Position numbers and translations under genes: made by a program
Assembly: GCA_010093815.1 (NCBI GenBank)
Contig: ML996583.1
DNA length: 64,000 nt
Direction: 5' to 3' (one strand)
Origin: Pseudovirgaria hyperparasitica
Taxonomy: Eukaryota
Part shown: piece by piece, positions 1 through 13,180 of the stretch
Position numbering within the stretch: position 1 is the stretch's first letter
Layout: the number at the start of each line of letters is the position of its first letter
Notes under the pieces: model-generated
What the model was told of the DNA's origin: nothing
The model's database searches: none
What the model saw: only the letters and a program-made list of their open reading frames with translations

Positions 1-131
1 CACACACCTCACAACACCTCACAACACAACACAAGAGGAAAATCTCAGCCTTCACAACTGCCAGAAATCTGACAGATTCATTCCTCTTCAGTAGTAATAA
101 TAATATATCGCCATCTACACATTCGCCTCGC

Positions 132-132
<1 letters not shown>

Positions 133-163
<31 letters not shown>

Positions 164-190
164 TCACACACACACACACACACACACACA
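133..190. repeat. Compound microsatellite (CAG)10 followed by (CA)13
   Basis: Read directly: CAG x10 at 133-162 and CA x13 at 165-190, downstream of the MIT-domain gene. Confidence 0.95.
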
Positions 191-662
191 CTAGAGAGAG
201 ACATCCAGTCCTACCTATACCGCCATCTCCGGTATCCCAAAGAATAGGAAAAAGAAAGCCCCGATGCTTTACATGTCTCCCTCCCCCAAAACTAAAAAAA
301 AAAGAAGAAAAAGAAAACAATCATGTACATAGCCAGATCATGTGCAGACCCGATCTTCATCCCGGATGGTACGTACAGCCAAGGGCCGTCCAGGCCCACG
401 TTTTTCCGACGTCGAGTCGATTAAATTATGCATATGAGACGGGAAGGCCACACTGCACAGGCAGTGTTGAGAGAGGAAAAACTGAGGAAAGGGAATATGA
501 ATGGCAGAACGAGGGTATAATGCTCAAGACAAAGTGTCAAGCAAGTAAGAACAGGGAAGTTCGCATGCCTCGTCATCGCCGGTCGCCTGGTCATGTACAA
601 AATGAGACGTCAACCACATCTCACATCTCTCGTCTCTTTTGACAGTGCAGCTTCTACAGCAG

Positions 663-3600
663 CTATACGAGCACCCACTCGCTGCCTCTTTTGATGAACT
701 TGTCGAGCATCGTGGTCAAATCGGTAAGTACGAAGCGACAAATGTAGAAGCCGAAGAATTCGGCCGCATGTCTGGTGCTCAGCTCCAGACCAACATGAGT
801 TTGACTGGAGTGTTTGAGACCTGGATCCTCGACTTGGCGCGCAACACGATCTAGGGGCACGGGTTAGGAACATGGCATATGTATGTAAGAATTTCATTGA
901 CTGACCAACAACTTGAACGGCGTCAAACAGCTTTGCCAAGCTGCTCATATAGAGGGCATTCGGGCCGTTGAAGTCCACTTGACTAATATCGCGCTTCGTG
1001 AATCGAATGTTCGGGAGAGAGGTCATTGGAAGGGAGCTCATCGTCAGCGAGTCTTTGCTCACATCTTTCGTTGCCAAGAGTGACAGACCAACACCGCTAG
1101 GTTTTGAGCGTAGCTTGCGCCAGGAAGTCAGATAGTTTTTGCTCTTATCACCAGCAGCCTTTGTGTTGGCAGAAGGTTCCACCGTATCAACACCAGTGGC
1201 GGCGCCATTGCCAACAGTAGTGGCGTCTTTGAAGAAGATGTTGATCCCACCAACACCGACCTCGCTGCCCAATTTCTTGCTTAGATTATTTTGCACTTGG
1301 TCAAGAATCACCTCAAGACCTTGCATCTCTTCGAGTACGGCATCCGCGTCCAATGTATCGACACTTCCCAGCTTCATTAGAGCTGCGGTCAAGAGGTCAC
1401 AGTTTGCAATCTTCTCTTCCGTTGCTTTTATTTTCACACCCTTGACACTCCATACATCACGTGGTACGAATAGTTTTGTGCTGAGGTAGCCACCGCGGGG
1501 GTGAGCAATGGTCTGGTAGAAGCAGCGCATCAGCCAGAACGGACGCAGGAGGTACGAATCCGGACAAGGTTCCAGCGGTATAGGCGCGTTGATGGCCATT
1601 GGATTTGGCGAGCCAGGGCTGTAAGGCGAATGAATGTCAGCTTCAAAAAGTTGTATACCGGCGCTGATGAGAGGCTCGTTGGAGAAACCCGGGAACATTG
1701 GAGTCAACGGTACGGCATTGCTCTGCTTTCGCATACTAATATTGGAGAATGTGCTGCTCAGCGGGGTATGTCCAGAAATATCCGATCCGTCCGGGCTAGA
1801 GATGGACAAAGCACGATTTCGCAAGCTTAGTGATGACTTGTTCTTCCTCAGCGCGCCTATGCCACCTCTCGAGCCCTTCAATGACGTTGGTGACGACGGA
1901 ACCATGGTCTGCTCGCTAGATTGGACGCGAGTCAAGGTGGAGGCAACCGGCGAGTTCGCGGCTGGCTCAGATGGACTGGGAGCCGGGACGATGGGTGGTG
2001 TGGCTCGCAAAGCTTGGTCGATGGTGTTCGGCGTCGGAGCTTGGCGCTCAGGAGGGGGATGATGATGTAGGACAGGCTGTGCTGATCTCGGATGGGGAGC
2101 TATCGTGGGGTCAAAGTCATCGTGTTTTGGTGTGAGTTGCTCAGTGTGAGGTGGGGCTGGTAGATTGCGGTGCACGGATGTGTCAATCTTCAACTGACCC
2201 GCAGTCTTCCCAGACAAGCGTCGATTGCGCACAGTGGAGGCAGAGTTGGCTGAGGATTGCGGCATCGAGGGTGGTGGAGGAGGAGGAGGTGGTTTCTTGT
2301 CTGGGGGTGGAGGTTGTGCAAGCTTAGAAGACATTGACGAATGCGTCGTCTGCGATTGGCCTGCAGTCGTACGTTTCGAGGAGCGTGAGCTATTCCAAGT
2401 GCTCCCGGAGATGCCACTGGAGTCTGACTCTCGTGGGAGAGCAGACTTGCTTTGTAGGTCAAAGTCAAAGCCGTCCAGCATGAACTCCTTTGTCATCTCT
2501 TCGAGCATTTCCTCATCCTGGTTCGCATCGACGTCAATGTCGTAGCCATAATCGACGCTTTGGCGAATAGCAGGTAGACCACCCCTATCGTCATCCCCCA
2601 GCCGAAGCTCTCTAGCACGCAGGCTCGCAGCCTTGATAGCCTCTTCCCTTTCCAGCTCGAGAACCTTCTCTTTTGCAATCTCGACTTTGCGCATTGCTGC
2701 TGAGACGCTGCCGCCACGAGGCAGTGAGTGCTCACCTGCTTCATATGGCTCAAAGCCCTCATCATAGGCTGCTTCCACTGCCGCATCAAGCGCTGCATTA
2801 AACTCCGCTTCAGTACCATTGCTTCCCGTGTGTAGGTGCTTTCTTCGGCGAGTGCCGTCCTGAGAGTCGACGGAGTGTACTGATGAGCCGCATGACGAGC
2901 CAGACTCATCTATCGTATCAAGCCAAGTCATGGATTCTTCACTGTTTTCCCGCGAGTGCTGCTGCTTTCGTGAAATATCTCTTGTTGACTCAGACGTCTG
3001 GCGGCGACCAGAGGTCATATCGGGCGAGTCGCGAGTGGTGGTGTCGAAACTTGCGGCGAATTGGGGATGTGGCGATAGCGGTGGTGGCATATACGTGTGC
3101 TCCATACGTGGATCTAAAGCTTGGTGGCGGTTGGTTAACGAAGAAGATGCGTATGAATTTAGCAGGAAGGTGGATGGATCTGTATCTGGGATCGAGCGCT
3201 CAACTTCGCGCATGGCGGAGGTGAATGTCGATTCTCGCGGATCACGTTTTGATGAGAGTCTCTCTGGGATGGGATCAGGCAAGATCGAGCTATCGGGAAT
3301 GATTCGGGTTAGAGTGGCAGTCTGAATCACTGCATCGTCATTTTCGTTGAAGAAGATTGATTTTGCTCCAAGACTGTCGACCGATTCATTGCTCATTGGA
3401 CGGTTCGGAAGGGCTTTTCCAGAGGTTGACGTGTAGGAAGGATCAAGTTGACGCAATTCTTCGATTCGGTTGGTGTAGGTTACTCGCTTTGAAAGATGTC
3501 AGCATTCGACCCGGTCTTGAACTCCAGAGTACTCACAATAGCTTCCAACTTTTTCCTATCCTCTTCTCCATTACTCCGTATCATCACCTGCTGTAACAGG

Positions 3601-4691
3601 TGACAGGCATCCTGATACGCATCCATGGCACCTTCAAAGTTCTGGGCATTATCAAGTAATACAGCAGTATTGGCCTTCTGCAACGCCCTTGACAGCATCG
3701 TCTTCTTGTCTTTATCCCGGCGCTCTTTCACGCGCGGTGGAGTGCCCATAGGATACTCCTCTTGTGGGAATGTGGAGCCGGTGGTATCCATCATTGGGCG
3801 ATAAATGTTCTTCTCTCTGGAGTCGCTACGTGGGATACGTGAGGCAGCATCTCTAGCTGGTTGAGAAGATGAAGCTGGAACGGGCGGTGGTCGTTGAGAA
3901 AGTTGTCTTTCGGCTGCAGAAAGGATGACTGGAGACGAGCCAAGAGATTTTCCAGTTTGGTTCCGAGAATGTGGCTTTGTCTTCTCTGCCAGTGAGCTCT
4001 GCTGCGGACGAGGTTTGGTGCTGAAGTAATCGGACGAGCCTTGATTATTTGGAGTGTACGGGGCCGAGGTCGTCGAAGGCGTCATAGAAGACGTAGAGGC
4101 CGAATATGGAACGTATACATTGGGTAATAAGGTTGGGAGAGTGTCCAAGGGAGGCAGAGATCGTGCAGAAGTCGTGGGAATCGGCGGCGGAGAGGTTCGG
4201 TGTCGTCTTCTCGGGCTTGATGTGGGCGAGGGGCGTGAAGGACTGGACGGAGGGCGAGGTGGAGAGCGTAGAGGCTGTTCGAATGGCAGATGAGTGATGG
4301 TGGCACTCAAGGCCAGTTTCCCGTTATGGACGTGATTCCCGGAAGATCTACTCGAAGTTGTAGATTGCGACCAGCGGTTCAGGCTGGCAGCAGTGTTATG
4401 ATCTTTGTAGGACGTGTATACCTCCGGGGCGAGGTGGGCGACGCTTGATCTCCTCCGGGACGCAGAAGGTCTCGAGGAGGACTTTGCGAAGTCGTGTGTA
4501 GTAGGGGCAGTATCAGACAGGGAAGTGGGAGGTAGAGAGGCAGAGGCGCGCGAGTTCAGGGAGGCAGAGCGCTTGACGGTGACAACAGAGGAAGAGACGG
4601 AATTAGACCTCGATTTCCGGCGGCGTTGAGAAGAGATGGAATTGGCAGGAGGAGGCGTATCATTCATAGCAAGGAGGGTGTTGCTATACAT
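663..4691 (-). CDS. MIT-domain-containing protein, ~1307 aa, 3 exons (4691-3537, 3486-906, 850-663)
   Basis: MIT-like helices LSRALQKANTAVLLDNAQNFEGAMDAYQDACHLLQQV...KKLEAI|RVTYTNRIEEL are joined by intron 3487-3536 (GTGAGT..GCTGAC..AAG). Intron 851-905 (GTCAGT..CTAAC..TAG) restores a conserved-looking C-terminus (EFFGFYICRFVLTDL...KRGSEW). The spliced length is divisible by 3. Confidence 0.85.
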
Positions 4692-4756
4692 GGCGGGGGT
4701 CGGGATCTCTCATTCGACAGTCATTGCTTTCCAGAGGATGTAGGGACGGAATCGCG

Positions 4757-6490
4757 GTGTGTGTGGGTGTGGGTGTGGGTGTGGGTGTGTCTCATGGGGC
4801 CGAGGGGCCGGCTACTCGCGACGGCTGGAAGGCATGCGGCGGGAAGAGGGTTGATGGGAGCGGAATTGAGAGGGCGCAATTGCAGGAGACAAAAGCAAAG
4901 AGACGGCGAAGGCGAAGAGAGGATGGCGATTGTGGGCAGTAATGGCCAGGAGCGTGCTTGGAGGAAGTCGGTCAAGGAGTTGGTGTATGCAAGCAAGCAA
5001 GGTGAAGGTGTAAGGTCTGGGTGTAGTAGTAGGAAGGGGAAAGGGTTGGCGGCGACGAAGGATGGATGGCGAATTGAGTTGACGACGACGACGAGGAGGA
5101 GGACGGGGAGTGGGCGAGTGCGTGTGCGTGTGCGTGTGCGTGTGCGTGTGCGTGGGCGCGGGCGCAATTATCCGCAGGCGGTTAGGAGGTGAGAAGGTGA
5201 GTGAGGCCTTTGGGGGGGTGGATGGATGGGCGAGCGAGAGAGCGAGTCAAAAAGGGGAATGGTTCGGCAGCCAGGGGTTCACATACACACACACGGACAA
5301 CAGCAGACACACATACTGTACAGTAATTACTACTGTATTTACTGTAATAGCTGACTGGTGGAGACTGGCTCTGGCTATCTGGCTCTAGAGCGTGTCTATC
5401 CCACATCCAAGCAGTCGTCCAGTCGTGCGTGTGCGTGTGCCTGTATGTGTGAATATAGCTGTCTGTGTAAGTGCTGGCTACTACCTGGTGCCTGTCTAGC
5501 CCGTCCAGCCCGTCCAGCCCGCCAAATCCGCTCCAACGGCCGGGGCTGCACACTCGGCCATGGTACCTGCAGCAGCTACAGCTATAGCCAGCTACAACAA
5601 CCGCTCCAGCAGACGACAGCGGTTTACTGCATATAGGTATTAAACAGTCGGTGAGTGAAGTCCACTGTCCATCAGGCCCAGCGCATCCTCACCATCACGA
5701 ACACCATCCTCGTCGGTGCACTGCACTGCACTGCCTTTACACCATTAATTAATAAGTACCGCAACCTTTGCTGCGCTCTAATCAATTACCACTCGCTCAC
5801 TCATCATCACTCACTCTCCCAGCTAGCTACACTAATTAACAGCTCACAGCAAACCCAGCCAGACAAACCACCTGTCAGGTAGGCAAGAGCCCAGCCCAAC
5901 CCAGCCCAGCCACCTCTGTCCACCCCCCCTTAGACCCTGAAACCCTGACGCTGAACCCTGAATCCTGCCTGCCTGCCTGCCTGAACCCTGCCAGCCTACA
6001 TACATATCAAACCCTGACAGACACGCTTACACCGTTACCGTTATCCTTAACAGAACCTGCCAGCCAGGGTCGCAAGTAGCAAGGTACACTACACACACAC
6101 ACACACACATACACTTTCAACACCTACCTCCTCCTCCTCCTCCTCCCATCTTCCACCTACTCAAAATCATCTCATCCCACTATCATTAACCTTTTCTATC
6201 CATCCGTCCCTCTAACATTAAATCTCATCCACGAAAATACCAAACCTTCGTTCGCTGCTTGCTTACCAAAAGACTAAACAATCCAGTGTAGTAGTTCAAG
6301 TTCAAAATCGAAGAGGAAGAAAAGAGAAAAACAGACAATTTAAGTACTGCAAACGCACGCGTCGCGGTCACTGTCGCTGTCACCGTCACTGTCACTGTCA
6401 CCGTTAATTAATACCGTTACCGTTACCGTCATCAAACGCTCTCACTGGCATCGTCGCGCCCTCGACCCTCGACCCTCGACCCTCGACCAG
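4757..6490. repeat. Cluster of diverse simple repeats between the MIT gene and CSN3
   Basis: (GGGTGT)n at 4765-4788, (GTGCGT)6 at 5118-5153, (CCCAG)n at 5890-5910, (CCTG)n, (CA)n, (CCT)n, (TCACTG/TCACCG)n, (ACCGTT)n and (CCCTCGA)4 at 6459-6486. Confidence 0.9.
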
Positions 6491-7129
6491 GGGACCAGCC
6501 AGGGGACCGGGTAGTACACCTTCCCTCGCAACGTACGCGGCGCGGAACAGCGGACTTTATGCGTCAAAATTCATGCGTGAACCACGCTTTTCCTTTCTTT
6601 CTTCAATTCTTGTTTCCGATAACTACCAGCTGGGACTGAACTAGACTTTCCGTCTCCGCTCGTCTTTTTTGGAACATTTTTTTTTGGGCCTCTCTATTAA
6701 TTAGATATCATTCTTTCTACATGCGATCTACCAACAACGCTCTTGGCACCACCGCCGTCGTCGGACTTTGCCTGTAACACACACACACTCACACCAGACT
6801 TTGCTCATCTTTTCTCTTGGCCCAGCCAGCCGGCCGGTCGAATATGCATGTCCTTTGCCTGCCATTGGATGGAATCCCCAAACGCCGTCTTGACTGTCCG
6901 ACTGGGCTTGGCCTCATGTGCATGCTATTCATGCCATGCCCGACCCATTCTTTACCAAACCACCCTACTAAACTACGCAACAACGGTACGTCCCCGCTGA
7001 CATCCCCTTCCGTCAACGCTCGACATGCTTGGTCTCGTCTCTTCAATTGACCTGCTTCTCCCGTTGTCATCGTCGTTGTCATCGTCATCGTCATCTCCAT
7101 CATCATCATCATCATCATACACCCTCCCG

Positions 7130-8793
7130 TCATGCGTCGCCCATCACATCCTCGTCCATCCCGTCCTTATGTACATCCCAAGACGTGTCCATGGCCTCCT
7201 CCCCACTAGCTGCCTGTGCCGCCTTCATCCGGTTCTTCTTCTCGACCTCAATAAACTCCTTCGTCAGGTTGATCCGGTGATCCGCTGCTCTGGTTTGCTC
7301 CGTAAGACTTTCCGTCCGTGTCGCGCACGCAACCAGCTCCTTGTACTGTTGCTGCTCCGACTTTGCTTTTGGGCCCATCGATTCGTCCGAATAGAACTTC
7401 AACACCCGCTGCTGCGTCTTGATCGACCGCTCAATGCTCGCATTGACTTGTCCTTCCTTGATAAGAGTGCTCAGATACATCTCCAGCTCCTCGTCTCCTT
7501 TATTCAGCAACCCTGAAAGCTCGTCAAGTGGTATCGAGGCATATGTCCGCTGTAGCTTGTACAGCAGGAATCGAGGATAGTTCTCCACAAGCTTCTGCAC
7601 CAGCCCAAAGTTTCCGTCCTCACTCCACAGACTGAGCCCAGCCTCGATTTCGGCCAGCAATCGTGGTAGGTTCAGATCATGCAACACCTCCGTCAATTGT
7701 TCGTAGGCCTTTGATGCCGATCTTATCGTCCGCATTGCGTTGCCGTTGGCCGTTTTTGGTATAGGCGGCCGCTGTCATCATGGTCAGCAAACAAGGATCC
7801 GGTCAAAAGCATACTTCTACTGACTTGTCCGGAAGCTAGTGCGCCCGCGAGAACATATTTCTTGTACGCCTCTAGCATAAGTCCATTTGCCGTGTTACTT
7901 GTCGGAGTTACGAGGACGTGTTCCAGTAGTGCTTGTGCTTCGTCGTACTTCCCCAGACCAAGAAATGCCATGGCGCCCAGCAAAAAGTATTCTTGCACAT
8001 CTGCCGTGCGGATCTTTTCCGACAACCCTGATTTCACTGTAATGTAACCGTTGCTCAGCCCGTGATCTGCACAGAGCAGCCCTTGTTCTCCGCCTTGGCT
8101 TGCGTTGGGCGGGAAGCTGTGGATGATACAGTCGAGGAGTGGGACAGCTTGGGCATATGCGGTCGATTCCATGCATAACTGCATGAAAACTACATGTGTA
8201 GTCGTCAACGTTCCACCTGAAGGGTCAAGTCGCAGGATCGCTGTTCGGATAGGTATCAACGCCATGGCGGGCTGCAGCAGCACATTAGCATCATATACAG
8301 CATTACGTCAACTTCAAGGGAGAAACTGACCTGCCGAAGTATGCTTGCTACAAGCCCAATAAATTCTATAAGCTCACGCCATTGCTGTCCGAAGTATCGT
8401 ATCGATATGGGGTCGAAAGAGCTAAGCAGCTGCTCAGTCTTGTTCCAAAGAACAGCTCGCGGTCGCCATGCATCTGATACCTGATTGACAGACCTTGGAC
8501 GGAGTCCACTGTCGCCCTGGTTTTGTGCTAGGGTATAGAGAGTGAGGAGTAGGGACACGGAGTTCAGCGCAGGATCCAGGGCCTTGAAGATACAACGTCA
8601 GCTCCAGTAGCATCATGGTTTCAAGAGCTCTTTTTACCTCTAACAGACTCCCTGACTCGGCACTCTTGACCCATTCTCTTGAAGAGAACTTCTTCACCGT
8701 CGCCGAGAACTTCTTTACATTTTTATCGTACTCTGATGGTTCAAGTTGCGGGTCTGGAGAGAAGGCGAGGAGCGTTGAGGCTAGATCAGACAT
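7130..8793 (-). CDS. CSN3: COP9 signalosome subunit 3 (PCI domain), ~498 aa, 4 exons (8793-8638, 8582-8331, 8271-7825, 7771-7130)
   Basis: Motifs LRLDPSGGTLTTTHVVF, EYFLLGAMAF, LEAYKKYVL and EDGNFGLV...LQRTYASI...IKEGQVNASI are typical of CSN3. Three canonical introns (8583-8637, 8272-8330, 7772-7824) with branch sites join the exons in frame. Confidence 0.88.
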
Positions 8794-9375
8794 GTCGAGC
8801 TGTATAGATTGTATGAAGTTCCAGGGTGACTCCTATGAAGTCGTCTTCACAAGGATATATCTTCTTGTCGTACGATAGTTGAAAGTAGAGGGCGGGGCGC
8901 GAGTGTTCGTGATGCTTGCTTGCGCTGGGCGATGGAACGCTTGCTGCCTAGGAGGTTGGGAGGGTGAAAGCCAGGTACGCCGCGCTGAGAAAGAAGAAGT
9001 GATTCGAAGGGCCAAAAGACTCCTGGTAATGCAACAGGTAAACAGAGTATGTGAAGTGACTTGAGTGCATGCCGTAACTTTACCGATTACAATATGAGAG
9101 CTTAGGTAGTTTTGGAACGTGCCCGCGTTACTTGGCCCGAGCGTCAAGCTGGTATCCTTACGACACACTTGGCAAATAACAAAACACAAGACATTGATGC
9201 ACGCTTCTCAAGGTTGGAAAACCAGTCAATACTCTGTTATGTCGGTATTCAGTTGACTAAAGCAATGGAGCGCTGAAAACGATGCATGCTCACTACACCA
9301 CCAGACGCCGAAACCAATGCAATGCATCCGTCCAACACAAACTCCTCAACATGCAAACGAACCCTCCTGACACAA

Positions 9376-12300
9376 CTACTTCCTCCTCTCCTTGATCTGG
9401 ACCTCGAACCTCCGGAGCAGACCTTTCAGGCCCACGCCTTTCTCGCAATTCGCTTCCAGCCATGTTTCCATCTTCTCCCTCAATGTGCGCATGCCGTGAA
9501 GCACAGGCATCTTCCGACCCTCTTCGCCCTCGAGATGCATCAAAGGGTTCAGGAAGAGACTGAATGCCTCCGCCCAGATCTCAGTCTCCCAGTATCTTTT
9601 CAAAGATTCCCGGATTTTGTACGTCTTCGTTTGACCGGCCCCGAGCGTTGTGCCACGCTCAGCAACGATTTCCATGTACTTGCCGAACAGCAGATTATGT
9701 ATAACACAAGCAATGCCGTGATAGTCAATTTGATAGGTCCAAGGTCGAGTCTCATGCATCTCTGCGCAGTCGGCTTCACTAGGTGTCCAGTCGGCTATAA
9801 ATTGGACGTCTGGCTTGAAAACTCTCATGTCAATTCCCCGACCGAAGTCGATGATGGTGATACCACGGTCAGACCAGCCATTTTTCCCGTCTCTGGAGTA
9901 TTGTGTAGACCAGTCATCATCGGCGTGCGCAATGCGTACTAGAACATTATCCGATTTTATGTCACCGTGCAACAGACCCTTGCTATGGAGGCCCTCAACA
10001 GTACGCAGCAGTTCGATAGTGAAGAACATCGCGAGCAGTTCGTCCATCACATTACCACCACTAGCGTCTGCCCTAGCGAGATTGACGAAATCGAGTAGTG
10101 TACCCTGATTCCTGAACTCCTCAACCAAATAACACTCATCTTTGAACATATGCATCTCATATGCCTGAACGATAGAGTCGGCTGGCCTTTGGACGCCCAA
10201 GCGGCGCTTAGCTTGACGTATCAAATAGAATTCCCAGGCAGAAGGCGGCTCTTCCATCTTGATGGCTTCAAGGTCCCCACGTGGTATTGCGAACGCGCCC
10301 TTGCCCATTTTTATGCCAGGTTCATCGTCGTCGTCGTCGTCTAAAGAGGAACTATGGGCCAAGTACACCGGCGCAAAGGCACCCTTGCCAAGCTCCTTCT
10401 TCACGACATACTGTCTATCCGACCCTGCTAGGCGTATGACAGGTGGCATCGTCAGGTTCGTGGCCGTCTTGTCGTTGACGTTCCTGTTTACCTTAGAAAC
10501 GGCCTTAGTGAATTTTCGGATTTCAGCAGACATTCCATTCGTCTTAGACAGGTCTTCGAAGTAGCCGTCGTACGAAGATAGTGGTGGCTGGATTTGATTG
10601 AGGATGATGTTCTTGATCTCGTAGTTGATTGGATTACACCGGGAATCTTTGATGATCGGGCCATTTTGTATCGGAAGACATTGGCTACGCGAGTCTGCAC
10701 TATTCGTTGCAGTTGTGTTTGCAGCACATGTTGCCATCTTCAGGTCAGGCTGTGGGACCTTGAACGGACGTTGAGCCTCATCGAGGCCTTCTCCGACAGG
10801 ACTGCTCCAAAGGTCATCATCAGGTTTTGCAGATTTGGTAGGAGTCTTTGAATTGAAGTAGTCCTTCTCTTTTTGAGCTTGCGCAAAGGCGGTCGCTGCA
10901 CCAAGAGATGACTCCGTCTTCTCCACTATCGGGGTCATGAAGGGGAGCCTGTTCTGTGCAGCGCGTCCAACATCCCGGTACGGTCTCGTAGGTACTTCCA
11001 TGTCCTCAGGAGGCTCCGGGACGAACTTGGAGTTCGTTTCATCAATAGCTGACGGGGATGTTGGAGTGACTAGGTCTTCTGCTGCAGCCTCATCGAAGGA
11101 AAGCTGCTCAGTTGCTTGCTCCTGGTCATCATCGTCATCATTATCATCACCAGCAGTCTCCAGTTTTGCTAAACCTTCGGGGACATGTTTGCTAGCTGTG
11201 AAGTCGGACCACTCTGAGACACTCTTAACATCAGCTGAAGAAGCCTGATCGTCGTCACTATCCATATCGTCGTCGGCCCCTGCTGCAGTCTGGGTGGTAA
11301 AGTCTCCACTCGTGGTGTCACCAAAATCGCTCGCACTCACAGAGATCCGTCCAGTTGTAGTACTTTCGCCGCCACTCGTATAGTCATCATCACTAGAAAC
11401 CTCGTCACTTTCATTCTCAGAGTCTTGTGATGACTTCAAAGGCTGATTGAATATTCCATAGATCTCGTCCATGGCTTCCCGGGTACATATAGTCATAGTC
11501 GGCTCTGCAGTTTTCTTCCTCCTGAGTTTTTTTCCTGTCGGAGAATCAAGGTTGGTCATGACTTCGAACACAGTCAGTAACAAAGTCGCGATCGTAAGAC
11601 CAGAATGCAACTCACCTTTGGTTGTCTCGTTGTGAACCTCCTTCAACCTAATCTTCTTCGTCCTGTTCGCTCGGTCCTCTCTTCGCGCCTTCTTTACCCG
11701 ACCAGCATGATCTAGAGGCACCGTGGTTGGGGGCATATTCTCGGAATCTTCGTAGTCGTGGTGTATCGCAATCTTGAGTGGCCGGTCGTCTCGTGAAGCT
11801 TCTTCTCGGTCTCCCTGAACGACAGCCTGTGCGGAAGTGTCTGTGATTGCAGACTTCTCTTCGACTGTCACCTGTAATACTGCATCCTGTTGGTCAGGTC
11901 CTGGGGCAGTTTCCTCTTCTCGTCTTCTCTCTGCTCCCCAATCTAACCAGCCGCGGTGCCGTGCGCGCAACTCTTCAAAACAATACTCGATTTTCACGGT
12001 CGACGAAGGATACACCGCTTCGAGGTCGACAAAGACACACTCATATCTACCAGTCTTTTCGTTGAAAGTCATTTTCATATCTCGTAATGGATTGGGTTCG
12101 TTATCATTAATGGATGATCTCTGGATACAAAAGCAGAATAACCGCACCTATCAGTCCTGTGATCGTAAATAGGGAGTTTAGGGAAGCGCAATCGCTGTAA
12201 GCACTTACCTCGTCCTTGAAAATAGCCATCTTTGGCACACCATTATTGGTTTTGGCCGTCCGTAGCTGCTCACCCGCCCACGGTTTTGCCTCAATACGAT

Positions 12301-13180
12301 TCTCCTTGCGTCTCTCCGCGAGCGAACCAATTCTATCCCAACCCTTTGAGCTATCGCTAGAACCGCTCCGAGGTGGCTCCTCCGTATCCGAGAAGATTGA
12401 CATTTTCTGCCTGCCCGGTTTCGAGCCTGTCACGCCAGATCCTCTTGCTTGCGGATCTACTGCAGGTGATGCAGCATGGGAGGAGAACGGGTCGGTCTTC
12501 GCGGCCAGCGCTGGGCGAACCGTGGGAAGCGCCGGGCTCGTTGGCTCTTGCGCATCATGGGGTCGGCTCTCGAAGCGGTGCTGAAATTCCTTGTATTTGC
12601 GCAGCAATTTTTGCACCGGACGCGCCTCCTTTTCTATTCCTAGCTTGTAGACTTCTTCCGCTTGACTCCAACGACCAGCGCCCTCGAGCCATGCAGCAAA
12701 TTCTTCGTAGTATAAAGCGAGCCCATCGCCTATGTTTTGTCGAGAGAGATACGCAAATGTCTCCCGCGGAGTGTCATCAAAGAGACGTATGTAGTGAAGC
12801 CAGAACTTCAGATACCGTAAATCATTCTTGTACTGAGGCGAAGACAGGAATGCCTTCGTCGCGCGCTCAAGAAGAGGAAGAAGTTGGGACTGCGGTGTAG
12901 CCTGCGCCGAAGGATACGCTTGTAGCGTCCACCTCACATAACGTTCATAAACATCCAGCGGGTCATCTAATTCATCGATCGTGAGAAGTTCCTTCTCATA
13001 CTCGTGCCGAAGTGCATCGTTCAAGTTCTGTGTTTGTGATGGAGAGGGAGAGGGTCCAACGCTCAAAGGCGCATATAGAGAAGCGAGAGCTTTTGCAGAC
13101 CTGCCGCTCGGAAGGGATTGTATGTTTTCTTTATGTGTCTCAATAAGATCAAAGTCAATTAGATCATCGGTGGCAGCCAT
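9376..13180 (-). CDS. BUB1: Spindle checkpoint kinase Bub1/Mad3 (unduplicated MadBub, SldA-like), ~1220 aa; exons 13180-12209, 12120-11616 (acceptor uncertain, alternative exon start 12147), 11561-9376
   Basis: KEN1 (HKENIQSL), TPR region (DDPLDVYERYVRW, YKNDLRYLKFW), ABBA-KEN2-ABBA-like cassette (MSIFSD, RRKEN, MAIFKDE), GLEBS (EYCFEELRA), CD1 (EPTMTICTREAMDEI), KARD-like MTPIVE, and a kinase domain (LGKGAFAPVY, HGDIKSDN, IIDFGRGIDM, PWTYQIDY). Confidence 0.95.

Noticed and set aside
610..905. C-terminal extension of the 948-aa ORF
   Set aside because: It is a read-through of intron 851-905. The real last exon is 850-663.
4626..5636. Several overlapping ORFs with RTRT/VCVC/HTHT runs
   Set aside because: These are translations of microsatellites in a UTR/promoter region.
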